From: a virus
Strand: one strand, 5' to 3'
IMG/VR virus record: IMGVR_UViG_3300037470_000672
Location: 96,001-160,000 of that record
DNA: 64,000 nt
Shown piece by piece: positions 26,559 to 35,600 of this stretch; the stretch's first letter is position 1, and each line of letters opens with the position of its first letter. The position numbers and the translations under genes were made by a program. The notes under the pieces were generated by a model. The model did no database searches and was not told the origin of the DNA. It was given only the letters and a program-made list of their open reading frames with translations.

Positions 26559-28082
26559 CTAGAGATTTTGCACCCTGATCTGACCGTAGTAGTCAGGGCG
26601 GAGGAGCTTCTTCGCGTACCGGGTCCGCAGACCCTTCCTGAAGCTGAAGTCACTCGGATCCAGGAATGTTGGGGTGACCTGGAGCGGGATGTAGGGCGCC
26701 CACACGAAGCCGGCTTCCAGGAAGTGCATGCCCTTGAGCCCCACCAGCATCTGGTCGGTGCTGAAGAACGGGTCCTCGTAGACGCGCCACTTGTTCATCA
26801 TGGTGCCGGTCCGGTAGATGCCGAACTGACCGTGGGTACCCATGGGGCGCGGCAGATCGACCGGAGCGTCGATGGCCATGCCTGCTGAGTACAGGGGCTT
26901 GAAGTCGCCGTGCGTGGTGAGTTGGGCGAACAGGGCCGAGACCTCGGGCGAGGTCACGATGAAGTTCGCCGGCTGCCGCAGGGTCTTCTTGTGGATGGTG
27001 TTGGCCACGGTCGAGATGACCGTGATCATGGATCGCAGGTGGTCGTGCTCAGTGATGCCAGCGGGTACGGCGCGGTCGAAGACGCCGGTGGTCCCGGTGC
27101 TGTTCTGGAACAGCTCCTGGATGATCTCGCGGTCAATCTCCAAGGAGATCTCTTGCGCCACCGCCGAGACCAACTCGGTCTCCGCATCGATGCCGTGGAA
27201 GGCCCGGAGGTCTTCCGCAGCCTCACTGCTCCACAACGCCTTGAGGCGGCGCGGGACCGCTTCGACGGGCGCCTTGCGGACGTCCAGGTTCACCTGCGGG
27301 ATCTTGGTGTTCAGCTCGCCGTCGTAGAAGTAGAACACCTTGATCGAGTTGCCCGCTACCGGCGCAACCGTGAACAGGAACCCGGTGAGCGAGCCGTTGG
27401 CGTAGTTGAGCGAACCGGCGGTCACGTCGCCCGTGAACCCACCCGCGCCGTTGTCCACTGCTTCCTGCACAGTCGCGCCCGCCGAATCCAGCTCGCGGAC
27501 GGTGACCGAGAAGCCGCGCTCTGCGTTGAGCGGACGGACCGGCGTGAAGCCGAGGTTGACGTCCAGACCGGTGCCCACACCACCGAAGGCTGCGCCGTCC
27601 CCCACCGCGGCGATTTCACCGTCGATGAACTCGGACGAGTAGTCGCGGTTGAAGTCGCGTGGGAAGACGTTACCTGCGGTCGTCGACCCCTTGGTCGTGC
27701 CGTAGATGTAGTCCAGGAAGAAGACGGCGCCGATCGGCGCAGTCATTGGTTGGACAGACACCAGCTCGTGCGCGATGAGGTTGGGAAACACCCTCCGCAA
27801 GATCGGGAAGATGTACTTGGTGAACGGGCCGACGTTGCCACCGCGCGTCTCCTCGTCGATCAGGCGCATGGTCTGTGCATCGACGCCGCGGAGGTGCTGG
27901 GACTGGTTCTCCATGAGCATCGCGGTGAGGCCGAGCACGTACCGCTGCTGCTCGCTGCGATCCGGGATGCCCTCCAGCAGCGCTCCCCACTTGTTGATGC
28001 ACTGATTCACGTAGCCCCGTGCGAGGACCGTACCCTGACGATCCTCCCCCGGGACGCCTTCGACCATCTGTCGCGCTTCCAT
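26559..28082 (-). CDS. Major capsid protein (T4 gp23-like)
   Basis: RRVFPNLIAHELVSVQPMTAPIGAVFFL, RRLKALWSSEAAEDLRAFHGIDAETEL, EIDREII, GFVWAPYIPL, KGLRTRYA. Confidence 0.95.
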   Translation of the reverse strand: MEARQMVEGVPGEDRQGTVLARGYVNQCINKWGALLEGIPDRSEQQRYVLGLTAMLMENQSQHLRGVDAQTMRLIDEETRGGNVGPFTKYIFPILRRVFPNLIAHELVSVQPMTAPIGAVFFLDYIYGTTKGSTTAGNVFPRDFNRDYSSEFIDGEIAAVGDGAAFGGVGTGLDVNLGFTPVRPLNAERGFSVTVRELDSAGATVQEAVDNGAGGFTGDVTAGSLNYANGSLTGFLFTVAPVAGNSIKVFYFYDGELNTKIPQVNLDVRKAPVEAVPRRLKALWSSEAAEDLRAFHGIDAETELVSAVAQEISLEIDREIIQELFQNSTGTTGVFDRAVPAGITEHDHLRSMITVISTVANTIHKKTLRQPANFIVTSPEVSALFAQLTTHGDFKPLYSAGMAIDAPVDLPRPMGTHGQFGIYRTGTMMNKWRVYEDPFFSTDQMLVGLKGMHFLEAGFVWAPYIPLQVTPTFLDPSDFSFRKGLRTRYAKKLLRPDYYGQIRVQNL

Positions 28083-28137
28083 TGTTTCTACTCCTCAGAG
28101 GGGTTTTTGTGGGAGGGGATCTCCCGGGGGTGGCCTG

Positions 28138-29928
28138 CTACGAGGCCGACAGTCGCTTGATTTCATCGAGAGAAAGGCCGGTGCCGTTGTAACTCGCCCC
28201 GGATCGAGCGTCGCTGCTTGCGTGAGCTTCCATCACCGGTTCGTTCGGGTTGGAAATGTCGTAGTCCAATCCGCCCGTACGGGCGGATTGGGGCAGTTGG
28301 GGCGCCGGCTCGACATGGCTGACGGAGTTGGAGCCTGCCAAAGCGCGCACACGGGCACGGATGGCATCGACCTGGTCCGATTCGGACATCGGGCGGCGGA
28401 ACTGGTCCAACACCTGATCCACTTCCGCTCGGTTGGTCGGCGGGTTCTCCTCGAAGTGGCTGACCATCTCCGCACGGCGGGGGTGGTGACGAAGTCGCTC
28501 GGCGATGTAGGCGTCGATCGCTTGGGCCTTGTTGAGAGTTACCGACTTCTCCAACGCCTCTTTGAGCTGGGTCATCTGCGTTTCGAGGGCCTGAACTCGC
28601 CGATCGGACTCAGACTTGACCTTGTTCATCTCCTTCTGCCGCGCGTCCTCTTGTGCCTTCTTCTCGGCCGCGCGGCGATCCAGCTCTTCTTGGACAGCGG
28701 AGACCTTGGTGGCGATCTCTTCAACAGATCCGTAGCTCGCCACGTCACCGACGATGCTGCGGATCAGATCGGCGTCGGCGCTCCCTTGAAGCTGTTGCTC
28801 CAGATAGAAGCGGTAGCCTGCCTTCTTGGCCATCGCTGCGAGCTTGTTGACCTGGTCTTCGAGCTGGACCTTCTCCTTGGAAAAGGAGCTGCGCTCGGTC
28901 GCGAGCTGGCCTTCCAGCTTGTCGATGCGGTCTTCGAGCTTGGCGACGACCGATTCCTCATCCTCGGAGAGGACGTAGGGTCGGATGACGGTCTTGATCT
29001 GTTCGACCGCCTTCATCGCGCCAGCCAACTTCGGATCGGAGAGCATGTCACCACGAACCTGCTCGGCAATCTGCTCTTTGGCGTCGACGATCTGCTGGGT
29101 CACCTTCTCGGTGACCTGTTTGACCGCCTCGTCCTTGCCCTTTTCGCGCCCGGCCTCTTCGGCTTGGAGGACGCGCTTCTCGGCATCCTCGGTGAGCTTG
29201 GCGAGTAGGGCATCTTTTTCGGCGAGCTGCTCTTGCATCTCTCGGGTCGCCTGGGCCGAGATGGCTTCAAACAGCTCGGGATGCTGTTCCTTGAGCTGCT
29301 CCTCGGTGAGGTCTTGGATCTCCATACTCAGGTTCCCCTTGTTCTCTTGGAAGGATTCTGGCCACGCATCGCGGTCTGCTGGATCGGCGACGGCGTCGAA
29401 GGTGACCAACCGGAAGCCGGGTTGGACTACAGATTCACCTTGCGCGTTGGTCCGTGTTGCGCCGAAGCCTCTGGAAGAAACACCGACCTGACAACCTGCT
29501 TCGACGATGGCTTTGAGGTTCTGTCCGCGCGCGGTGTTGAGAATCTCTGCTTCACCGTACATCACACCATCAGGTTGAAGGTCCAACTTTGTGATAACGT
29601 GAGAAATACGGTTGAGGCTTGTACGACCATCCAACGGATGGTCGGCTTCCCCGAATACACGACGCTGTTCAATCAGAGGTTGGAGGCGCTTCAGCTCCTC
29701 CGCTACGAGATTGCGCGGGTATAGGCGCTTGTTTTCGGTGGCCCGATCAGCGCGACCGAACTCACCCTTAAGGATCCACTTCTTCGGCGCACCCTCTACG
29801 ACTTCACGCTCTTCAACGACCAGAGGTGTCGACGGGTAGTAGACCCCTTCGATGAGACCCACCTGTCCCTGCGTGTCCTCCAAGAGGGCGCGACCGATTT
29901 TTTTGGCTGGGGTAGGGGGTGTACTCAT
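28138..29928 (-). CDS. Prohead protease (gp21-like) fused to coiled-coil scaffold (gp22-like)
   Basis: ENKRLYP, GEADHP, SHVI, GVSSRGFG, TFDAVADPA, then a long Glu/Lys/Ala coiled coil. Confidence 0.9.
   Translation of the reverse strand: MSTPPTPAKKIGRALLEDTQGQVGLIEGVYYPSTPLVVEEREVVEGAPKKWILKGEFGRADRATENKRLYPRNLVAEELKRLQPLIEQRRVFGEADHPLDGRTSLNRISHVITKLDLQPDGVMYGEAEILNTARGQNLKAIVEAGCQVGVSSRGFGATRTNAQGESVVQPGFRLVTFDAVADPADRDAWPESFQENKGNLSMEIQDLTEEQLKEQHPELFEAISAQATREMQEQLAEKDALLAKLTEDAEKRVLQAEEAGREKGKDEAVKQVTEKVTQQIVDAKEQIAEQVRGDMLSDPKLAGAMKAVEQIKTVIRPYVLSEDEESVVAKLEDRIDKLEGQLATERSSFSKEKVQLEDQVNKLAAMAKKAGYRFYLEQQLQGSADADLIRSIVGDVASYGSVEEIATKVSAVQEELDRRAAEKKAQEDARQKEMNKVKSESDRRVQALETQMTQLKEALEKSVTLNKAQAIDAYIAERLRHHPRRAEMVSHFEENPPTNRAEVDQVLDQFRRPMSESDQVDAIRARVRALAGSNSVSHVEPAPQLPQSARTGGLDYDISNPNEPVMEAHASSDARSGASYNGTGLSLDEIKRLSAS
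28267..28290. repeat. Palindrome B copy 1 (intragenic)
   Basis: CAATCCGCCCGTACGGGCGGATTG, a perfect 24-bp palindrome inside the protease-scaffold gene. Confidence 0.9.
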
Positions 29929-30110
29929 CGTTCTCGTTTCCAGAACTTGGCTTTGAAGGGACCTCGATCGAGGATGCTGGGCTTCTTCTTGACTTCGCGC
30001 TTCTTCGGTTTGAGCCCCGTCATCAGGTCGCTGACTCCAAGAATCTCCCGCCAGGTACTACGGTAGGCGGTCCGTCGCTTTCGATGACCACCATAACCCT
30101 CGTGGATCAC
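29925..30110 (-). CDS. Small highly basic protein (61 aa)
   Basis: GTG start overlapping the upstream TGA; MIHEGYGGHRKRRTAYRSTWREILG...KKREVKKKP; ATGA overlap with the protease gene. Confidence 0.6.
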   Translation of the reverse strand: MIHEGYGGHRKRRTAYRSTWREILGVSDLMTGLKPKKREVKKKPSILDRGPFKAKFWKRER

Positions 30111-31651
30111 TGCGGTCCTGGCTTGCCCTTCTCTTTCGCAGCCCACTGGGCCATCTTCTTGGCGCCGTACTTCTTCTGTCCGATGGCCGCCGCCACCGCT
30201 TTGGGATCTTGGATGTCGGGGCGCTTCTCCAACTCCTTCGCCAGGGCGGCGAAGCGACCCCCCTTTCCCGTCTCGGAATTCCAAGGATCCGAGCGTCCTT
30301 TCAACCCAAAAGGGGCCTTCTCAGCTTCCATGACGGCCTCCTCGGGGAGAAGGTGCTCGTAGCAGGCTGCGAGAAAGGTGATGTCGTTGTCGTCGATGGA
30401 TTCCTTCTTGTAGCCGTTCTTCTTTGCGGCCTTCATCCCCTTGACGACCTTCATCGCCTCATCGCCGGGCATGTTGGCGAGCTTCACACCCATCTCAACC
30501 ATACCTTGCACAGCGTCCAGGGTGTCATCCTCGGACATGGTCGCCATGCCGACGAGCTTGTTCTTAAGACCCCTCACGTATGCCGGGATGTCGTCATCGG
30601 AGAGCGACTCCAGCTTGACGGCGACGCCCTTCATGAGGGCCAAAGCGTCATCGTCCGACAGTCCTTCGAGCGCGCTTGCGGCAAGCGCGATGACAGCCAG
30701 GTCTGAACCCTCAACCTGGTCCTCCTCCTCCGAGTCGGCGAAGAGGCTCACGTCTTCGATGAGGTCGTCGTAAATCTCCAACATCTCCAGAAACGTGCTG
30801 AAGAAGAGCTTGAAGTCCTCTTCAAATTCCGCCGCGTCGGTGTCGCCCAACTCGTACTCATGCAACGTCTCTGCATAGTCAGCAGCGGTCTCGGCCAGGG
30901 CGTTGACGGCCTGGCAGAACTCGATGACGCCTTCGCGGATCTCGTCATCCCCCTCCTCATCGAAGAGGTCTGCCTCGACCATCTCGGCGAGGGTCTCCTC
31001 GACCGGGACGAGTTGATGGGCAAGATCGTTGGCAGCCAGCGAGAGCGACGCGAACGCCTGCGTGTTCTCCAACACCTTGGGCGCGAGCGAGACCTTACCG
31101 GCTGCCTCCATCAGATCGTTGAGATCGGCGATCAACGCCGTCAGCGCATCCGCCTCCACCCCTTCCTGTGCAGGCGACGGACGGCGCAACGTGATGCGCT
31201 TGACACCTGACTTGCGCAGGTGGCCGAGGCGGGACTGCGCTCGCTTGTAGAGGCGCTTGAAGCGTCGGCCCGCGGCCGATCGGCGCCACTTCTTGACCAT
31301 GCGCTTCTTGACGGCCTTGACACGGCGGTACTTGCGACGGGCGAGACGTCGTTCACGACGAATCTCAGCGCCGCGCTCCTGTCGCATAATACGTGCGGCT
31401 TGCTCAGACAAGTCCGCCAACTGGTCGTCGTCCAGATCTGCTTGGTCGAGAAGCCGGGAGATCTCCGCCGCGACGCGCGCCACGTCCAGATCGACCACTT
31501 CTGCTGGGTGAGGGTCTTCCTGACGAGTGGAGTCCTCCACGATAGGAGCAGACGGCGGGGGGTTGACGATTCGCTGCACCCTTTCATCATCGCGTACCAA
31601 CCCGATGAGGGCGAAGTCTTCGGCAAGAGAAGAGAGCTTGGGCTGGGTCAC
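30107..31651 (-). CDS. Putative prohead core/internal protein with basic and acidic blocks
   Basis: Start re-assigned to GTG 31651 (GTGA overlap); Arg/Lys-rich block then Asp/Glu-rich block; sits in the T4 gp67/gp68 slot between portal and protease. Confidence 0.6.
   Translation of the reverse strand: MTQPKLSSLAEDFALIGLVRDDERVQRIVNPPPSAPIVEDSTRQEDPHPAEVVDLDVARVAAEISRLLDQADLDDDQLADLSEQAARIMRQERGAEIRRERRLARRKYRRVKAVKKRMVKKWRRSAAGRRFKRLYKRAQSRLGHLRKSGVKRITLRRPSPAQEGVEADALTALIADLNDLMEAAGKVSLAPKVLENTQAFASLSLAANDLAHQLVPVEETLAEMVEADLFDEEGDDEIREGVIEFCQAVNALAETAADYAETLHEYELGDTDAAEFEEDFKLFFSTFLEMLEIYDDLIEDVSLFADSEEEDQVEGSDLAVIALAASALEGLSDDDALALMKGVAVKLESLSDDDIPAYVRGLKNKLVGMATMSEDDTLDAVQGMVEMGVKLANMPGDEAMKVVKGMKAAKKNGYKKESIDDNDITFLAACYEHLLPEEAVMEAEKAPFGLKGRSDPWNSETGKGGRFAALAKELEKRPDIQDPKAVAAAIGQKKYGAKKMAQWAAKEKGKPGPQ
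30271..30303 (-). repeat. Dispersed motif A copy 2 (intragenic)
   Basis: TCTCGGAATTCCAAGGATCCGAGCGTCCTTTCA. Confidence 0.85.
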
Positions 31652-32562
31652 GGCGAATCCTCCGGACTCACGTCGGCTTGGGCAGCAGCTTCTACAAAAC
31701 ACCGCGCCACAGAGATTGGAAAGAGAACTTCCGACAGAACGTTGCGAAAATCGGCAAGTGTGTTGACGCTCGCGTCCTGTTGGATTGTGAGCACCTTCTC
31801 CGCAGCGGTACTGACCGTCTCTAGGTGCTCGGACAACTCCACTTGGACCCTGTCCGCGAGGCTATCAGCGCCATCTCGGAATTCCAAAGAACCGAGCGGC
31901 CTCGCATCCCCAAAGTCGAAGCTGTTGAGCTTGTTGCGCTCATCCCTAAGCATGCGCACCAGGTCTTCAAGATCGGTAACGACCTGCATTCGGTCATCAT
32001 CGCCGACGATGTTCTCGTCTAGCTTTTGGAGCTGACGCTCCTCGATCTCTTTGAGCCCTTTATGCCAACAGGCCCGCTTCAGCGTGTTTTCGTGCTCAAC
32101 CCACAGGGAGCGGAAGTCCGACCGCTGGAGGATCTCGGCCTTCGCCTTGAGAACCACTGCGGCCACATCCTGTTTTGCTGGTCGAACAGACTCTACCAGG
32201 GAAGCGAGCCGAAGAGCAGCATCTGGGTCACCGCTGAGCAAGCCCTTCACAACCTGCTCAGCTTCCTCCTGTACAAACGCCTCAAGGTTCTCCTCGGAGT
32301 AAACCTTCAGCGGTACCTGCTCGTGCCCTGTGATCCGCAAATCACCATTGCTGTCCTCATCAAAGCGCACCCTGACAGCCTTCGACGAAGCCGAGAGAAC
32401 GATGGCGTGACCAGGGAAGGTTGCCACCACCCGTGTTTCTACCCGCTCACCAAACAACCGGGGCGAGGATTCCTGCACAGCCTCCACAAGCCGCGCAATG
32501 AGGTGCTCAAAACTCCCGTTGCTGAGCTTCCTGATGTCTTCGGTGGCGAGTAAGCTGGTCAT
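31648..32562 (-). CDS. Hypothetical head-module protein
   Basis: 304-aa ORF directly downstream of the portal gene. Confidence 0.65.
   Translation of the reverse strand: MTSLLATEDIRKLSNGSFEHLIARLVEAVQESSPRLFGERVETRVVATFPGHAIVLSASSKAVRVRFDEDSNGDLRITGHEQVPLKVYSEENLEAFVQEEAEQVVKGLLSGDPDAALRLASLVESVRPAKQDVAAVVLKAKAEILQRSDFRSLWVEHENTLKRACWHKGLKEIEERQLQKLDENIVGDDDRMQVVTDLEDLVRMLRDERNKLNSFDFGDARPLGSLEFRDGADSLADRVQVELSEHLETVSTAAEKVLTIQQDASVNTLADFRNVLSEVLFPISVARCFVEAAAQADVSPEDSP
31874..31897 (-). repeat. Dispersed motif A copy 3 (intragenic)
   Basis: TCTCGGAATTCCAAAGAACCGAGC. Confidence 0.8.
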
Positions 32563-32577
32563 AGGTGTTTGGGCGAG

Positions 32578-32605
32578 TCTCGGAATTTCAAGGGTCCGAG
32601 CATCC
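32578..32605 (-). repeat. Dispersed motif A copy 4
   Basis: TCTCGGAATTTCAAGGGTCCGAGCATCC; just after the portal stop. Confidence 0.85.
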
Positions 32606-32617
32606 TTTTCTCCTGCG

Positions 32618-35600
32618 TCAGGTGCCTCTCCTTACGCTTATCTCCTGCGTCAGGTGCCGTAGTTCTTCAAGACGGCGGGCCAAGTCCTTGTCGTTTTTCA
32701 ACAAGCGATCGAGCTTTTCGCTAGCCCTCTTCTCCGCTTCACGGTCGCCCGCAAATAGCTGTCGTTCCGATATACCACTACCCTTAGAAGGGGGCAAGCT
32801 ACCAGAAACTCTGTCTGAAACGTACTTCCCACGGGACGCACGAGTAGACTCCGGAACCCCTTCCGGTGCAGGTTCTGTCGCCTGGGCTTGAATCTGCGCT
32901 GCCTTAGCCTCTTGCCGTGCTTGGGATTCGGCCTCTTGTTCCCGCTGCTTCATGATGGTTTGAATGGCGTCGTCGTTCATCCCAAAAATCGTGGACAGTA
33001 TCCAGTAGGCGGACACAAACTCCCTCATCCGCCCCGCCAGGTCGGCCCGCGCGTTCATCACCTCCACCTGCGCCAGCTCGAAAATAGCTGACGGGACGGT
33101 CATGTGAGTAGTGAAGGGTGCCTGCGCAGGGTCGATGCCCAACGCCGCCAGGTGTACGCGACCGATCTTGTGCGTACCGTTGATGATCTGCCGCTGCACC
33201 CTGAGAACCGTGCGCGCGAAGCGCACATCCTGGCTGGATAGGATGTTCCGGACTACACCCTCTTCCTGACCAAGGTACGCCTTGGGGATCTTGATTGATG
33301 CCCATAGCTTATTCTTAAAGTAGTCAACATCATCAATCGCTTGCCACTGCGGTCCTTGAAGTACCTCTATTCTAGAGCCTTCCTGACCCTTTCTAACAGG
33401 CACGTAGAAATCTTCGTCTTGGCCAAAAGCGTTGTATCTAACATCCAGCTTTCCGGTGCCTGCGTTGAAGAACTTCTTCTTGCGGTGCTGCTGGCGTACG
33501 TTATTGACGTGAGCCATAGCCTCCCTTGGAGGGAGGTCCCCAACGTCCACATAGAAGACCCGTCGCTCCGGCGACCGTCGTAGACGGTACACAAGCATGG
33601 AGTCTTCTAACAAAATCAGGCGTTTGTAGAGCCAGCGAGCGGACTCCAGGACCGAGTTGTGAACCACAACACCGTCAGCCACAAAGTTGTGTTCCGGATC
33701 GGCTACTTCGATGTCGTAGACCGGTTCCTCCCCTTGCATTTCAATTGAGAGTATCTTCTCCTCAGCAAAATCAGCTCCCTCGGCGATAGGCGTCTCATTG
33801 AAGGTGAGGAGGTACTGACGACCGGAATGAATGACGTCCGTCGTTGGATGGGTAGCGATGGGGTTATCTCGCGGCTCTCGCTCCCGGATGCGCCCGGATT
33901 TCCAGCCCAACCCGTCGACCAGCGTCTTTATATCTCGCACCAAGTCTCTGTTACAAAGCTCGATGTGGTGGTCTTTATGGCTGCGTGTGTCCCAACCATC
34001 CGCATCCATGAAACCGTGCAGGAGCGCGAGCCGGATTTCTTCGGGAGCCCCAAAAACCCAATACGGAAGACGCTTCGCGTGTGCCCCGCCGTCTACCCAA
34101 CCGAGTTTGCGGAAAAGTGCCGCAAGCGCTTGGCTTGAGACGTAGCTCTGGGTCTCATCCGGCAAGGTGCTAACAGGTAGTCCAGTGCTTGCGAGGAGTC
34201 CCTCGTAAAAAGAGTTACGATCGGGGTATTCCCCGCGAGCGAAGTACACTTGCCCGTCTGTAATCCACCCGTCTCCTAGGAGAAACCCCCACAACCGAGC
34301 AAAATCAGGCGTAACAAAATCAGGGAGAGTGATCCTCTCATCCTCTATCTTGGGTTCAAAAGCACCGTAGAAAAACGGCACTTTCACCTCACAAAAGAGA
34401 TCACGCAGTACGGGCAACGGAACCGATGACTGTCCTTTAAGCAAACTTTCCAAAGTTCCGCGAGCGATACCCAACTTAGCGGCTAGGGGCCGGAGACCCT
34501 CATCCTTGGGCGTATACCGCCCTATACGGGACGCCGCCCTAAGCGCGCTAGCGCCGCGCTCCGTGAGTCGTACAGGACCCTCCTCCTCTATCTCACGTAG
34601 GTGTAACCCAAGCGGCGGCGGCGGGTTCGTATCCGGCATTCGGGTGGTGATAACGATCCGATCCCCCTCCTGTAGCTCGCACAGCGGTTTCCAAGCGTTT
34701 CGTCCCCCCCTACCCTTCCCTACTGCTAAAAGAGGGTGCTCCGCTGTAAGGCAAAGCTCTCGGTGCTTCGTACGAACCCGATAGACGGTCTTCGTCCCAG
34801 AGCAGACATGGTCAAGCACCCTCGTCGTTCGGAGCTTTCCTGCGTGCCGCAAAAGAACGCGCTGGCCTGGTTGGATGTCGGATATCGGCCTCGGCCCTTC
34901 CGTCGTCCAAACTTGCGAACCCCCCGCGAGACAGTGCCCGTAAACAGAGCGCCTGAACTTGCTGTGCAGTCGGAAGTGAGCGATCTCCCAATCCTCGAAC
35001 ACCGGGTTTGGACCCGTGTCCTGCGATGCAAGATTCGAGGTGTCAGAAAAACCATCTTGGCCGCCGCCGGGGAGGGAGGTCGCGTTCTGGCCGTATCGGT
35101 TGACGAGGAGCTTGCGGTAATCCTCGGGCGTGAAGTCAAACCGCCCCTTGAAGTCTTGGATGAATCCTAGAAGCTGCCCTTTAGGGCCTTCGATTCGCCG
35201 CATGGTCGCAGGTGGGAGGTAGTTGATACCTTCTACCCCATTCTGGGTAACAAGTATCTCCTCAAAGTTCGATCCGTACTTGCAAGCTGTACGAGCGATG
35301 GACCATATCTCGTCTTCGTACCTCAAAGTCTTGAAGTAGAGGTCGTCAACAATCTCTTGGACTGTTCGATCAGGAGAGGTTATCCAGAGCGATCGCTTGA
35401 GCTGTGTGTCGGGTTGTGTTACATCATCGGCGTAAATATCGATCGCGGAGTTGTGTACAAACACCCCCTCACAGGCGAAATTCTGGTAGACCGGTACCTC
35501 GATATCGTACACATCCTCGACACCGTCGGGCTCTACACGTACCACCATGTGGTTGTTGTAGTCGTCTTCCCCTTCTTTCGGACCGGTAAGCGACGATCCA

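Noticed and set aside
26910-28160. 416-aa plus-strand ORF
   Set aside because: Antisense shadow of the major capsid gene.
29925-30284. 119-aa ORF starting at a TTG inside motif A
   Set aside because: Its 5' part overlaps the upstream gene out of frame; the GTG at 30110 overlapping the upstream stop is the better start.
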